A stretch of 63,512 nt of DNA, counting the filler, from Dimargaris cristalligena (Eukaryota): the NCBI GenBank assembly GCA_003614675.1. It is 21 parts of 21 records of this genome, joined end to end, with 100 filler letters (N's around TTAATTAATTAA, not from the genome) between each part and the next. Parts side by side here need not be neighbours in the genome. Positions count along the whole stretch, not along the records: positions 48,580 to 51,493 come from ML004079.1; positions 51,594 to 54,500 come from ML004080.1; positions 54,601 to 57,505 come from ML004081.1; positions 57,606 to 60,509 come from ML004082.1; positions 60,610 to 63,512 come from ML004083.1; 16 more parts are not named here. One strand, given 5' to 3'. Positions 49,090-62,550 of this stretch are shown here, in pieces. Made by a program: the position numbers and the translations under genes. Under the pieces are notes generated by a model that worked only from the letters and a program-made list of their open reading frames with translations, was not told the origin of the DNA and made no database searches. Numbering within the stretch: position 1 is the stretch's first letter; every line of letters begins with the position of its first letter.

Positions 49090-50334
49090 CTACCTGTTAG
49101 CTACCCGTTCAACATACTCTCGATTTACGAGGTTGTTGAACTCTTTGGTGGTGATGTAATGTATCACCAGCCGAGGAAGCACTCTGCGGATCCCCGGGAG
49201 CTGGGGCCGCGAGCGCTTGTAAATGCTAAGCTGCCTTAGCCTCTGCAGCTTGCACAGTGCCGATTGGAACCATGCAAAGGCTACAAAGTTAATGGCCAGC
49301 CGCATGAATAGAATATTTTTTGAAGCAAATTCACCAGGGAAAAGAGCCCTAGTGAACACTTCATCCCGATGACACAAATCAAAGTGAGTCAACCGGGGAC
49401 ACCGGCCCAGGGCATACTGGATCTCCTTCTCATCACAGATGCAATTAATCAGTTGCAACTTACGAAGAGAGAGCCCTAGGAGATCCACGATACTCTTCAG
49501 TAAACCACTACCAAGACCCACTTCATTAAAAATGAGGCTAGTGAGAAAGCTTGGAATTTCTGTGGTTAAGTAGCTGAAGCCGGTGTGGGAGCTGGCGGCT
49601 GATACCACTGAGTGGTATGCAAACACACCCTTCATAACCACCTTCCTCAAACCACCACGGCAAATGGTGTGCAAGAGGCCAAAGGGATTATGGATTACCA
49701 TGTCCTGAAAAGTGAAGCACTGGAGCTGAGGGAATACATGTAAAAATGTAGCCCAATTTATGGCATCACAGTCGACTCCGCCCCCCAGGACGATCTTCTG
49801 GATCCTATTAACGCCAGCTGTTCTGGGCATATTATAGGGGACCAGGCAAGGTGGCAAAAGTAGCCGAAATGGGATGTGGGCCGGGCAAATAATGTGCAAC
49901 TCTCTGATAAATCGGACAGTGCTTTGCAATAGCCGCCCCACCCAATTGAACAATTCGAGATGATGAACCTCAATAGTCAGGCATTGTAGACTGCCCAAGC
50001 AACCCATCATCATCCCGAATAACCCACTAAAAAGTACGTCTTGGATGCCCCAACTTTCCAAAACCAGTGTCAGATTCTCAATCGAGGCCCGGTGGTTGAC
50101 TAGGGCCCGGTAAGTGTCTTGAGCCGAGTGGGTTGCGGTGGATACGCGCACCTTTTTGAAGCAGTGGGGGCGTAGGGCCTCAGCATGGGCCCGGTTGGTG
50201 GACGCCAATGCCAGGATGTCCTCGTTCCGGGCATATCGGTTTAGGCGGACCCAGAATGTACGGCGAAGTTGGCGGGTTTCGGTCTCATTGGCGTTGGGGA
50301 CGGTGAGGAATGGGGTGCTCGAGGTTGAAGACAT
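49090..50334 (-). CDS. F-box-like/leucine-rich-repeat (RNI-like) protein, 414 aa, single exon, no signal peptide
   Basis: N-terminal FWVRLNRYARNEDILALASTNR...LRPHCFKKV, then repeated LxxLxL/I motifs (LQCLTI, IRELHI, FPQLQCFTF, LRKLQL, CPRLTHFDL, LRQLSI). Confidence 0.7.
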   Translation of the reverse strand: MSSTSSTPFLTVPNANETETRQLRRTFWVRLNRYARNEDILALASTNRAHAEALRPHCFKKVRVSTATHSAQDTYRALVNHRASIENLTLVLESWGIQDVLFSGLFGMMMGCLGSLQCLTIEVHHLELFNWVGRLLQSTVRFIRELHIICPAHIPFRLLLPPCLVPYNMPRTAGVNRIQKIVLGGGVDCDAINWATFLHVFPQLQCFTFQDMVIHNPFGLLHTICRGGLRKVVMKGVFAYHSVVSAASSHTGFSYLTTEIPSFLTSLIFNEVGLGSGLLKSIVDLLGLSLRKLQLINCICDEKEIQYALGRCPRLTHFDLCHRDEVFTRALFPGEFASKNILFMRLAINFVAFAWFQSALCKLQRLRQLSIYKRSRPQLPGIRRVLPRLVIHYITTKEFNNLVNREYVERVANR

Positions 50335-51593
50335 GGTTGGTCGGTAAAAGCGGGCAGGGTTCTTGAAAACGAGCGGGCGTTTGCTGAAAGATATGAATAT
50401 TGGAAACTTTGAAAATGATGGAGTTGAAATACAAAATCCACTGGCGGATGTTGCTTAGAGCGGTTGATAGAGCGAGAGACTCGGTGATATAAGTAGTCAG
50501 ATAACGGTGGTTGAAATGAGCTGATAATGGGTGTAAACGGTGGGCATATCCTCGTCTCTTTATATTCTAACCTTTGACTAGTGACATAGCAAGTGGATAA
50601 ATCCAGCTGGACTTCGCTCATTCCACGGAGGTAGTACGCCTTGTCGTCAATTCGAGAAGGGTGAATAGTCAGCCACTCGAACATCCTGGCCTCGGACTAC
50701 CCATTTCCGCCTGTGTCTAGGAATGTCCGTCGAACCCATCGAACCCCATCGGTATTTTCCCACCCAAGTGATAATAAGTCCATGCAGCGGAGATATCCAT
50801 ATACCCCGCCCGGAAAATGGATAAGGCATTCACTATTCAAAAGGTGGCTTAGGATTGCTGCTGATCATGTTTGTATCTTCTTGGACCTCACTTATCGGGA
50901 TTGCTAACCTTTGCTAGTTCCTGCTTTTTAAGACCAGTGGATATGGACAGACTACTCTCTTCACATTCCCAGGTTCGGCTACATAAGAATATAATATTTT
51001 AGTTCGGCCAGTAGGTATGCTAGTCAATGTCAAAATATAGTAACTTAATCGACTTGCTCGATACCTAGTCGGAAAAACAGATGCTATATTCATGGTTGGC
51101 TACGTAGCCTCCCCTATTTACCAGTCCATCACCGTATGAGAAAAACAATGGACACTGCCTCATCTGTGTTTAGAATTCAATAGATATGTTTAGAGTACTG
51201 TAATATTTTCGAGTAACTAACCACATTGTCTAGCACTGGCGATTAAGTCGCGCTGCCATCACAACTGGTATATGGCCCAAGTCTACTCCGAACCGATTAA
51301 ACGGCCATGGAAAACTTAACAAACACTATAACTACCGGTCAAATACGACAACAGTTTTATCAGACGCGTGATTATCGGCTTGGGCTTCATTACCACTGCG
51401 GCTAATTTTATCGGGATTACCATACTTTGGCCCGCCATCTTATCACCCCTATACAGATTAAAAATGTATTTAGGTCTAGAAAGTAACCGGCCCNNNNNNN
51501 NNNNNNNNNNNNNNNNNNNNNNNNNNNNNNNNNNNNNTTAATTAATTAANNNNNNNNNNNNNNNNNNNNNNNNNNNNNNNNNNNNNNNNNNNN

Positions 51594-52589
51594 GGGAATC
51601 GGCCGGCCGTTCAGCAAACGGTTCTTTTCGAAGAGGGTCGCGGTGATGTAGGGTATGTACATGCCTGATTCATGAAAAGGATGTTAGTAAAAGAGGGCTC
51701 TACATCGCATCACAGAAATTAGCAAGACGGGCAAATTGCCGATGCGCCCCGAACGCCTACCGGCGTAGCTCTCCCCGGAGATGTAGAGACGGTAAGATTC
51801 GGTTTCGGGGAAGATGTTGTAGAAATTGTTGAGCAACTGAAAAGACGGAGTGTCAGAGAGTTTGGGGCGAAAAATTGTGAGCGGGAGGGGGGGAAGAGGG
51901 GGACTCCAACATACCAAATAGAAGTCCTCGCCGACGCCGATTTCGCTCGAGACATAGTCGGAGCCGTTGCCGAACGCGAAGCCGGTTCCGATGGGCTGCT
52001 CAACTGGCGGGGGTAAGGATGGGAAATTGCGGATAATCAGACAAAAAAATCGCGAGCCAGCCATTTGGCATCGACCCCATCCATCACGCCTCGTATGCAG
52101 CATGAACGCAGCTCAACAAAGACCATCTTCCCATCAGCCCTCTAACGCACCGTAGAGAACATTAGCAGCGTTGTCCCACGAGTAGGGGTTCCGCGACCAC
52201 TCAGGCCCACTGGAAGAGTTTGAAACGCGAAGAGGCCCGTTTTCCTCGAATGCGCCAATCATGGAGGAGCATCCGGGCCCACCGTTGAGCCAGATGACGA
52301 GGTCCTCGCTGGGGGACGACGACTTGATATACCAGAAGAAGAGGGAGGCGCCGTCCTTGAGGATTGGGAGGGTGCCCGAGTACATGCGGCCGATGAGACC
52401 GTCGGTCACATTCGTCGGGATGTTGGGAAGGCTCTTGATGAGGTATTCCGAGGCCAGGTGGGACGACGGATGCTCGGAGCTGGCGTGGACCCTGCGCGGC
52501 GCACTCGGGATGATTGGGCGAGTCGGGAGGGTGGCCGCGGCGGCCAGAACCGAGAGGTACGAGACAGCCAGGGCAGCGGTGACTCGCAT
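51594..52589 (-). CDS. Secreted serine carboxypeptidase, peptidase family S10 (CPY/Kex1-like), 5' part; exons 52589..52151, 52003..51915, 51836..51761, 51664..51594
   Basis: Signal peptide; motifs LFFWY, WLNGGPGCSS, ENGP, NPYSW, VEQPIGTGF and catalytic GESYAGMYIPY; three in-frame GT-AG introns. Confidence 0.95.
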
Positions 52590-54468
52590 CGCTATGGGGT
52601 CGTTGGGGGTTGAAGTATAGGGGACAAGTGGTGTGAATGACGGGATTCTGTTTCTTTTATAGTGGGCGCTTCCGCTGACAGGCTTATCATGTTATGGGCT
52701 GGTGGGGTTCCCGAGCGGGGCCTCAGCCAAGGAGAATGGATTTGTTCAACGTTACCGCTGGTCTGGAGGAAGATCGGGCAAACAAAAAGTTTTCAGCCGG
52801 AGACTTAGTAGCGGATACTATAAGAAAGACCTTCTTCAGAGTGACTGATCCACTCCAAGACTCCTTCAGCCAATGTCGCGATTCTGTGCGAATGATTGTC
52901 TGTTGCGCCAAGCCACGCTCGATTCATCAAGCTCTTAATTAATTCATTAATTGATTCATTAATTCTCACAGCTCTCCTCGACAGCAGGGTATATTCCTGA
53001 AAGGGACAGGTCCAGGGAAAGACGCAGCATAGTACATGAAGTGGAGGAACAGAGAAATGGACAACGGGAGCCGCGAGCCCAGCCAGAGGGTCGCGAATGC
53101 GGTGGCGGCAGACATTTGCGGGCGATGATCGCTGGCCGTCGGGTCGTTGGCAGGGAATAGCTCGAGCTCTGAACCAGCGGGGGACGGGAGGGGCCCCCAC
53201 CCCCTGCCCCTTCCCTCCCACCCAATTCATCGCAATAGATAACCAGGTAGGGTGCACCAGGAATTCGGGGAGGGGGTGCGGGCCTCGGGGTGCCGGGAAC
53301 AGGGGTGGAAGTGACGAGGGGCCAACAGGGTCTGGACTATGTGCGGATAGGGAAGCTCTTTTTGGCTAGGGAAAGCTCGGCACGTCCCCCTCCCTTCCCA
53401 TCGCACCTTAGCTGGTTGTTCCATGTGATGAAAAGGCAGGGGGAGAGCAGGCGGCTCACGATTGGGCCTGCAAAGAACAGCTGCAGATCTACGAGGCAGG
53501 GCGGAGGGAGTAGCTTGCATGCATGGGGACGACAAGATGTCAATATCCCGCTTTTCTGGACGCCTTGTCACCCGCCGAACCCCGTTTCGAAACGCTTCAC
53601 GAAATTTAAGTCCGCTCTGTGTCCAGGCCATCCGAATCCAACGCCAGACCCCGCTTTCCCACCACAAGGTTCGTATGCCCAGTACGCCTCCCTGCAGCCG
53701 GGCTCACAGTTCCGACGACCATTTACCGCAATCGACTAGCCCCGGCGACGCAGCGAAATATGTTGAGCTTGAGGCTCGGCTGAGGTTCAAGGACGGGAAG
53801 ATGAGTTTGGAGTCTGACAGAGTGCGAGAGGGGAATATCGGGAGGGGCGAAATCTCACCGATGGCAAGGAATTGTAAAGAAGCACATCTATCGCCAATGA
53901 AGCGGGCGGCGGGACGGTCCTTGTTATGGGTCGATGGGCTCCAAAAAATACCCGCAGTCGAGGACAGGGTGGGAGGCGGAAAGTGGTCTCCGGAAGGGCG
54001 GCCAGTCGAAAGCAGTGAGGAGAAAGGAATTCAAACAAATAACTTGCGGGAGAATCACCCGGCACAGCTCACAGTTGCAGTTCTCGTCACGAGTTCGGCT
54101 TTCGGGCATCTTTCTCTCCCCCGAAGGCCAAGGCCTGGGCAGCCTAGCCGCTTGGCCGCAGCCTGCCTCCCTCAGCGTAGTGCCCTCCTCTTCGACATCT
54201 TACCCTCATACCATTCTCATCAAACCCGTCAAAACATGAGCTTGAGTCGCTGCATCCTCGCGGTTGCCTTGTTCTCCATAGGAGAGTGCTTCGCGCGCCA
54301 GGGGGGCCAATCAAGTTCTGGAACACTTTTATGATCACTTGTGCAAGGTTCGAGAGTCACAGCCACGTCCCCGTAGACAATCCCGATCGTTCTTGTCTCC
54401 GAAATCGATCGCCCTCGTCTTGGGTGCCTCCTCGCATCAGTCCATTCTGTCGCTGGTACGCTCGGAAT

Positions 54469-54500
<32 letters not shown>

Positions 54501-54715
54501 NNNNNNNNNNNNNNNNNNNNNNNNNNNNNNNNNNNNNNNNNNNNTTAATTAATTAANNNNNNNNNNNNNNNNNNNNNNNNNNNNNNNNNNNNNNNNNNNN
54601 TGGTGGTGTCGCTCATCCACTTATGGTTGGCGGATTCCCCGATTCGAAAAAGATTGAATAAGTATCATTATGCTATATATAAACTGTATTTCGTAATAAT
54701 TTATCACGCCCACAA

Positions 54716-55200
54716 TTATAATGGTCGCAAATTCAGCAGGATAACCAACACTAAGGGAATATACAGGTTTTCATTTTGGTCCGTTAGAGCTTCCCCGATT
54801 GCCGTGATGGTTGTACTCATGATAAACCAGCTTGCTCCACTCAGACCGGCGCTCACTTGGAATACCGGGCTAAGTGAAAGAACACCAGCTACGATAAGGA
54901 CACTCAATGTGAATGCCACGGTCCCCTCCACCGTCTTCCTACTCCCTGGCCAATGGTGTCACTCCCAGGTGGACTGCCCGACTATCGAGGCGGCCGCGCC
55001 ACCGAGCCCTAGGATGAGAATTCCGGTCAGATTGGCTTAGGGATGTGAGGTTTGAAGACAAATTGGGATCGCACAACTCACGATAAGGTATAAGTAGCAT
55101 AGAATTGCACTGACCGAGTCGTGGTGGTCGATAAAGGGGATAATAAAGCGGTTAGTGGACTCGGCTAATAGCCATATCCAGAGTATTCGTGCTAGTCAAT
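54716..55200 (-). pseudogene. SEC59: Dolichol kinase (Sec59-like) C-terminal pseudogene
   Basis: Translates to FIDHHDSVSAILCYLYLIVSCAIPI...P*ANLTGILILGLGGAAASIVG...E*HHWPGSRKTVEGT...EALTDQNENLYIP. In-frame stops at 55037-55039 and 54959-54961; the conserved GxGD Asp is replaced by Gly. Confidence 0.8.
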
Positions 55201-56063
55201 GGATGCCAGGACACACTAGCCAACACCCATACTCAAATAAAGATAGGGATCTAGGATATCGTATGCAAAAGGCCATAGTCATTTGGTACAAGACTCAAAT
55301 GATGATATTGATACTGCTTGACTGATTTCAACTCAGATTGCATAACTGGTATGCGTTAAGTTAGCGGGGCTGGGCTTACTTTGTAAATGTGGCGGGTATC
55401 CAGTGCTCTAGAACAGGACATATAATTATGTGACGGGCAATGTATCATGTAAATTCAATTATAACTAACTTTTATTTTATGCTATGCCCAGTCAATAAAC
55501 AACCTCAGCCCTATGTCCCTTTGGACACCTTGCTATTGCTGATGTTGGAGTAATAAACCATAGGGTAAATGCAAATGCTTATAGATGAAACTAAAAAGAT
55601 TTCAAGAAGAGAGAAAGAATGACAAATGGCAAAGCTAGATGTCCTTGATTGGTTATTTGGATAAGACAAATGAATTAATACTGTTAAAAATGGTGTCCCA
55701 AGTATGGGGATGATGGAATTAGGGATATGGAATCTGTGGGATGTGGGAAATGAGGTTCTAACATTTATTAAAAAAACTTATATATAGAGATATGAGTGGA
55801 TTTAAAAGTATAAATGGGCAGTAAAATTAATGAAAACCTCAAGGTCTCTCTCCAAATGGATTTATGGATTATACAGCTGGACAGAACTTCCCCCATATGC
55901 ACTGCCCTACAGTGGTTTACTAGGTCAATTAAAAATAAACTTTGATATTGTATTATTCCTGTCTATTGGTACAGTAATCTGATTCTCACTGAGAAATCCA
56001 AGGGTGTCTATGAGCCATAAAGCTTCCTTTCTTGCACAATGCCTTTTCAGTCAGTAATACCGG

Positions 56064-56648
56064 TGTCAGCCCTTCTAATCTGACTTAATCTGAGTGTAGC
56101 AATTGTCTATCCCAACTAGGCCATATAGCACTATATCACCCTTCCCATGGTCACCCCCAGTACTATGGGATCCTCCTATATCATATAACCCTTCCCCTTC
56201 TGGACTCTACCTCTTTATACTAATCACTCAAGGGCTGATCTAAAGACACTTCCAGTTACCATCAGAGTCTTCCAGATCCTAATGGCTATCCAGTTAGCCT
56301 ATTTTACCATACCTTAGTTAGTGGTATTCTGCCCCCAGGACCTCCCTCTGGAGTTACCCCTACATATATATAACCAGGCCCCATTGGGACTGGTTAAATT
56401 CCTTAGCTTATTCTTACCCCCCCTAGTTTATCCCAATAAACCCTATATATGCTCACCACCCTTGTATTGACTAGTAAGTTTGCTTACTGCACATCCCTTA
56501 CCTATACCTGCATTTGTAGCCTTTATTAGTTAGTACTACACCCCTACCTAATCCCAGGGCCCACTTAGCTGAGCCCAAAGCCCTATCTACCATTAGAAGC
56601 CTATCCTTAGGACTCTTAACAGACTAAGAGTAGTTAACCTGAGCAATA
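56064..56648 (+). mobile_element. Solo LTR (~585 bp) with no CpG
   Basis: Starts TGTCAGCCC and ends CCTGAGCAATA; collinear with 18413-18994; no clear TSD. Confidence 0.82.
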
Positions 56649-59600
56649 ATAACTAATAATTAAGTATGAATATACATATCTAATTATAGGGATAGTATGT
56701 ATCTACTAATAGAAATGTATTTATAATTAAAGGGATAAATTATTAGAAGTACAGTTTATATATAGCATAATGATACTTATTCAATCTTTTTCGAATCGGG
56801 GAATCCGTCAATCATTAGTTGATGGCCGACACCACCAGATTAGGTGCCGTCTCAGTTTTCGCCAGACCATACCCTTCTATTGGGGTGACCCCGCTTCTCT
56901 GGGGCTAATGCCGTTCTTCGTGGTGCTAAAAATGGCCGTCGGTTGCTATGAATAATGGGTACTTATCTAGGTCCTGGGTGAAGTGGGGGTGTAAAGTAGC
57001 AAATGCATACCAATTGTGGCGTCCAGAAAATGGCGCACCTCGAATATATGGTCTAAGGCAACCATAACCTGTCAAGTTTTTGAATTGGTGTTAGAGTTGC
57101 CCCCTTGTGAATTCCAGCGATTATTAAGCCGGCTTTAAGCTAGTTATTTTTTACCGATATCTTAGCAACAAAGTTATATACGGCCAAGTGCTTGCACTAC
57201 TGGCAGCAGGTCGGTATAAACTGCCTACTATCTCATACACCCTGTAACGCATTCTATAAGGCGTGAGTCGCCAGTATTTCAAGGGATACAGTAAAATAAT
57301 CCGCCTTGGGGTAGACGACCCACAACTAGCCCATCGATGTAAAAGAATGCCGAATTTAAGGAAACCAGTGACCCAACCAGGAATGAATGGCTCTGCAAAA
57401 AGGTGAAAATCTCTGGATATTGGCAGTAGGTAGTCAGGATTGACAGTATACCTAACCCTACAGTGCAGTTGTATTAACCGCCGATTAAGAAGGGGGCTCA
57501 TCAGANNNNNNNNNNNNNNNNNNNNNNNNNNNNNNNNNNNNNNNNNNNNTTAATTAATTAANNNNNNNNNNNNNNNNNNNNNNNNNNNNNNNNNNNNNNN
57601 NNNNNAGGATCTCATTATACATTTCAAAATATCGTCATAAATCCGTCATATTATATGGTCGTTTGCAAAAAATGAGTGTTACAAATTGGTACAAACTTCC
57701 CGAAAGGCGTGGAAAAGATTTCTCATAAAATTCGTCATATCAATTGGAATCATTAATATTTAACAGAAGAAAACAGTCGTAAGCATTGTAATATTCAATA
57801 ACCGTCAAGTTAACGTAAGCATTGGAAGATGGATTGATAGGCGGATACTGAAGGCTGATAGCCGACATTCTCACGGCACTACACAAAGCCTTAATATATC
57901 AAATTAAATGAAAATAAAGAAATCTGTGAGAGTTGTGTGGAATACATTCTACTTTGCATTGTATTATATAACTATTAACTCTGAAGAGAGTTGTGATATA
58001 ATTCTCTATATGATGGGAGAATCTCCAAGAATAAAGTATGATAGAGGTAAGAGCTGGCTTTCTAACAGAAACACTTTGCATCCAGTAAATGATAGAGACT
58101 AATAATAAATCTTAGCATAGGGAAAAACACTAGTAATAGCTATAATACCAACACCAAGGTGGAAGGGGTATTAGGAGGACACAAAGTAAGGTTGTGAAAG
58201 GTACTTTATAGATAACAATAGTGATGGGTACCAATATAAAGGTGAGTTAACTAGTAAAAAGGGATTATGAGGTGTGACTAATTAACTCCAGAATAACTAT
58301 ATGAGTTGGCTCGGTTTTATATAGCTGAGTAGACTAATGATAAAGATGTCGGACCAGCATAGAAGTTGCTGGAAGACACCACTAGATAGTTTTATAATAA
58401 ATAACTAATAGTAGATGAGTATATAATGAAGGGGATATATGGAATAGTGGAATCAAGTGGCGGGAATAGTCGAAGGAAGGTGATCCTTCAACAAGGCCGA
58501 ATTCCCGCACCTCATTAATAGAACTGGGTGCTATCATCACCCAGTCCTCAAAGATCAATCGGCTATAATCCTATTGGTTATTAAGCACAACAAATCTTTT
58601 GGTTTAAATCCTCCTAATACATTTATCATGACACTGCAGTTGTATGAATAATGTAGGGAATTGGAATACAGTCCTTTGATTGCTTTGATGGAAAGCACCG
58701 AATTGGCTTGTTGAAAGGGCTACACCAATAATATTAAATACCGGAATTCATTTTGAATGCTAGTCAGTATTCCACTGACTCGGTGGCCCCATTCTTTGTT
58801 AAGCCTCTTGAATAAGCCACGGTTGTTTGCATTGTCTGTCGAATTTTTTGATAGTGCTATAGAAAAACATGCATCAGTAACCACAATAATATCAATAGTG
58901 TTTTATTTTGTTTCCAATCAAACTGCTTTCATTGACATTTTTCCGGCTGATTTTAATGTAGCCTTTTCATGTATACTGATTGATGGGAACCACCGAATGT
59001 GTCGTAAGTAGCGCATGTCCCGACTTTTTCAGTTGGTATATTTTATTAATATATTTTTACAATATATTCCGGCCCTATGTAACAAACCCCAAAGGGCTAA
59101 CACCACCCACGAGTGGACAATGAAACTAAACATTATCCTACATGGCATATTAGAATACTACTAGTTTATACAGTTCGGTTCTAATAAGGTTAGCAAGTTG
59201 AGAAAATGAATATTGCCTAGCGAGCTATGGCCCCCATCTCTTCATTGGCCGAAGCTCATATGGATTTATCACGGCCTTAGGGTTTTCCTTTAAGCGAAAA
59301 TGGGCCCTCCAAAGATTGGACCAGGCTACTTATTCGCCAACTTTAGCCCTGAACTGCCGTGTCGCTCTTCCCACACATCGGCTAAGGGAACCAACTCATC
59401 CATTAGCTGCATTGTGTCCATGGCGTTTAAATGACCAAAACTCATCTAATCAACACTATCATGTCGAGCCTTGGCTTCCCCTTGGGGGACTACTATATTT
59501 CTAAGCTGTAGCACTAAGCTTGCTTGGTCTTCCCTGGCGCAGTGTCTTCGATGGAGCTTTCGGTTAATTGCAATGTCAAAACGAAATATAATGTAAGTTC

Positions 59601-60935
59601 CGTGTTAATTAGTCAGTCCTACGTTAATTACAATCATGGCGATTGGTACGACATATTTTTGATAACATTTCAAACAGCCAGACCCAGCCGTTCCCAGATT
59701 GATTAGAATTCCGTTAAGCTTGGTCCAGAAAAACCACGGCACCTTCCTCGGCTACATTTCACAGTGAGGTCTATCATATCCAAAACACGATTTCATGTTT
59801 ATAGTTGATGTAGTAGGTGAGGAATAAATTGGGGTAGGCTTCTTAGTCGGGTAGAAACTGTAACTGTTAGTCTCCTCGTCACTATACCATAGGACTATGT
59901 GCTCACCCAACTGGTGCGCAGTTATCAGCAATTCCATACTCATGGATTATTTACCAAGCAAAATTGTATAGTATTCTAACCGTAAAATCCAATGACTTAA
60001 CATAAAGGACCAGTATAATGTAAACATATGTTAGTCCGCATAGCCGTGCTTAGTCTTTTAACACCCTTTGTAAGACCAGCCTCCCTTCCGAATACATAAA
60101 CACAAGCTCATGATATTTTAGTTTATTGGCAATAACACACCATCGTCTGCTAAAGTAATTATATATCTGAAAACCCGACGAGGCCACGGTTCTAATGTTC
60201 ATTTGATTTAAATACGGGACATCAACCCCTCTATCAAACTTCAACAACATTCACTCATCGCTTTTTTACCAGCGCCTCTACTCCCAAAATCACGCTTATT
60301 CTTTCACCCGCTGACCCACGACACTCGCCAGCTAGCTCTCACCCTTCCAATTTCCCACCATGTCGGACTATACTAAGAATTTCTTTTATAGTGGATCCAA
60401 TAGCAACGGTCTGCAGGATAGCCAGAGCGGGCAATCCGGAGGTAAGTAATCGGCCAGCCTTCCCACTGAAGCTAACGAATCCTTAACTATCGAAAATGAC
60501 TAAGTATTTNNNNNNNNNNNNNNNNNNNNNNNNNNNNNNNNNNNNNNNNNNNNTTAATTAATTAANNNNNNNNNNNNNNNNNNNNNNNNNNNNNNNNNNN
60601 NNNNNNNNNTGTTGGAAATTCATTTCCCCTGTCCCACCAATTCCTTTACTCTGATTGGCTCGTCCTATACTCGGGACTATATTCTAATCTTTACTATATC
60701 ATTCTATACCCGGGACTTCATCCTAGTCATTATTACTACTAATTGCAACTCAATAAAACCTACCACAGGCATCTAGCCTTGCCCCTTGTGGTTCTTTCTC
60801 TCTTCTTTAAAACATTTTAGTTGTATTCAAAGGTACTTGCATTTACTATCAAATCCATATTTCCAACATTCTTTACCCACCTATTCTCCTTTTGTTCCCA
60901 GTCCCTATCCTACTCTCTGCTACTAAGCTAAGATC

Positions 60936-62550
60936 ATGGGTTTTTTAACAGGATTCTTATTGGCATTAGGCTCTAACACCACTCCAAAATTTCCCAATGT
61001 GGACTTTGGCCATCTCAACAGAAAACAATTGGGCTCTTTGTCAAAAACCCCGAGCGACATGCTTGATTCTACATTTAAGCCCTATTTCACGGAGACGGAT
61101 GCTGAGAGCTGGGAGATGAAAAGTGAAATGTACACCATTATTGTAAGTACCTAACTCCGCTTGGAAATCATAACACTCACTTCAGATTGTAGTTACCTAG
61201 TGGTTATTCCACACTGGTGGTCTCTCACTTAGAGTAAATATACTGACATTGAAATATTTTTCTTTCAAAAGGCATGCTCATTTGTGCTTGTACTATTGGG
61301 CAATTCCCCAGTTTAATTGTCATTGCTGATACTAGGACCCGCTTGGCCTTCTATTCCACTACAGCTAAATTTTATACCCACGTATTACTAATCCACACCT
61401 ATGTATTTCACATAACCTTCATCAATGTAGGTTACGAAAGCAGGTGCACATCTCTAGAACTATAAACCAGGAAATTGAGCAGTCCAGCACTGAGCAGAAA
61501 TCGAGCCAGCTGACCTCTTCAAGTACTAAGAAACGCATGCCCGCAGGGATCCAGCCCTACTGGAACGCCCTTTTTTATCATGAAACCGTGACCAATTTTG
61601 CGACCATGGACTATGACATGCATGGGAAAAATAAAATAGCCTTTGCGGGTGCACCCGATCTCTATGAAAAAATAGATGCAGTCATGTTGGATACACTCAC
61701 CAAGCGCAATGTGTGGCTCAACTTTCCGATACTCACCTTGGCCGATCGATGGCCCGCTGATAAAATGGCTGCATTTTTTAATACGCTGTTCCGCCAAACC
61801 GCGACTTCTAAACTAGCCGAAACTCTTTCGACTAATGTTTCAAACGATACGCAGCTCTAAACGGTCATTATGAAGGACACGTTGCCCTGCGTCAGGGATA
61901 CACTTCTCCACCAGATGGTCTGGTATCTCAACAAATTTGGCACCCACGAACAAGTGACTGATTTTTTTAATGTGGTAATGTCGGCTGACAATGTCAAACT
62001 GTGTGGTCAGCATGAATACCTGGGCTTCCGTCTAGCCCGTTTGGGTCTGGTTTTGGCGGCTTTCAAATACGAGGAACCCTCAGACCTTAAAGTAGAAGGC
62101 CATGTCATTCCGAATGACGATCCTGCCAACAGTAAAGCATTATTTAAGGATATCCTCCAAAAATTAGAGGTATTTGATAAAAAGGCCGGCTGGATGGAAC
62201 TAATCACATCCCCTGGTATGAATTTAAAAAAGGCAATCACGAACTTTCTGGACTGTCTAACCTTTCACAAACTCAGTCGCGTGCGTTACGTTCTGACCAG
62301 GTATATACCGACTTTCAGTGATTTTAATCAGAATGTTTTCTTAGATACCCAAAAAACATTCTATTTCGAGAGTAAAGAAGGAAAGCAGGTATGTGACGCT
62401 GCCTTGTGGGACTTCGACAAAATCGTGTACTCCGAAAAGAATGGCGCGGGCGCTGACTTAATTGTTGACGCTTTCATCGGTAGCAAAGTCGAATTAGAAT
62501 ACATAAAGGATTATTTGAGGAAACACCCAAATTATGGGACTCCCGAATGA
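60936..62550 (+). pseudogene. Divergent member C of the secreted F-box-like family with an in-frame TAA at 61858-61860; exon 1 60936..61142, main exon from ~61431-61444
   Basis: Short hydrophobic N-terminus, degenerate F-box-like LGSLSKTPSDMLDS, phase-0 GTAAGT donor. ORFs 61444-61860 and 61870-62550 share one frame; motifs LNFPILTLA and LNKFGTHEQVTDF align to members A and B. Confidence 0.55.

Noticed and set aside
53462-54334. 290-aa ORF and overlapping ORFs upstream of the carboxypeptidase
   Set aside because: No recognisable motifs, and ORFs occur in several frames as expected in GC-rich DNA. Only a possible signal-peptide start at 54236 was noted, unsupported.
54470-54500. Poly-C run
   Set aside because: Lies at a contig end; probably a sequencing or assembly artefact.
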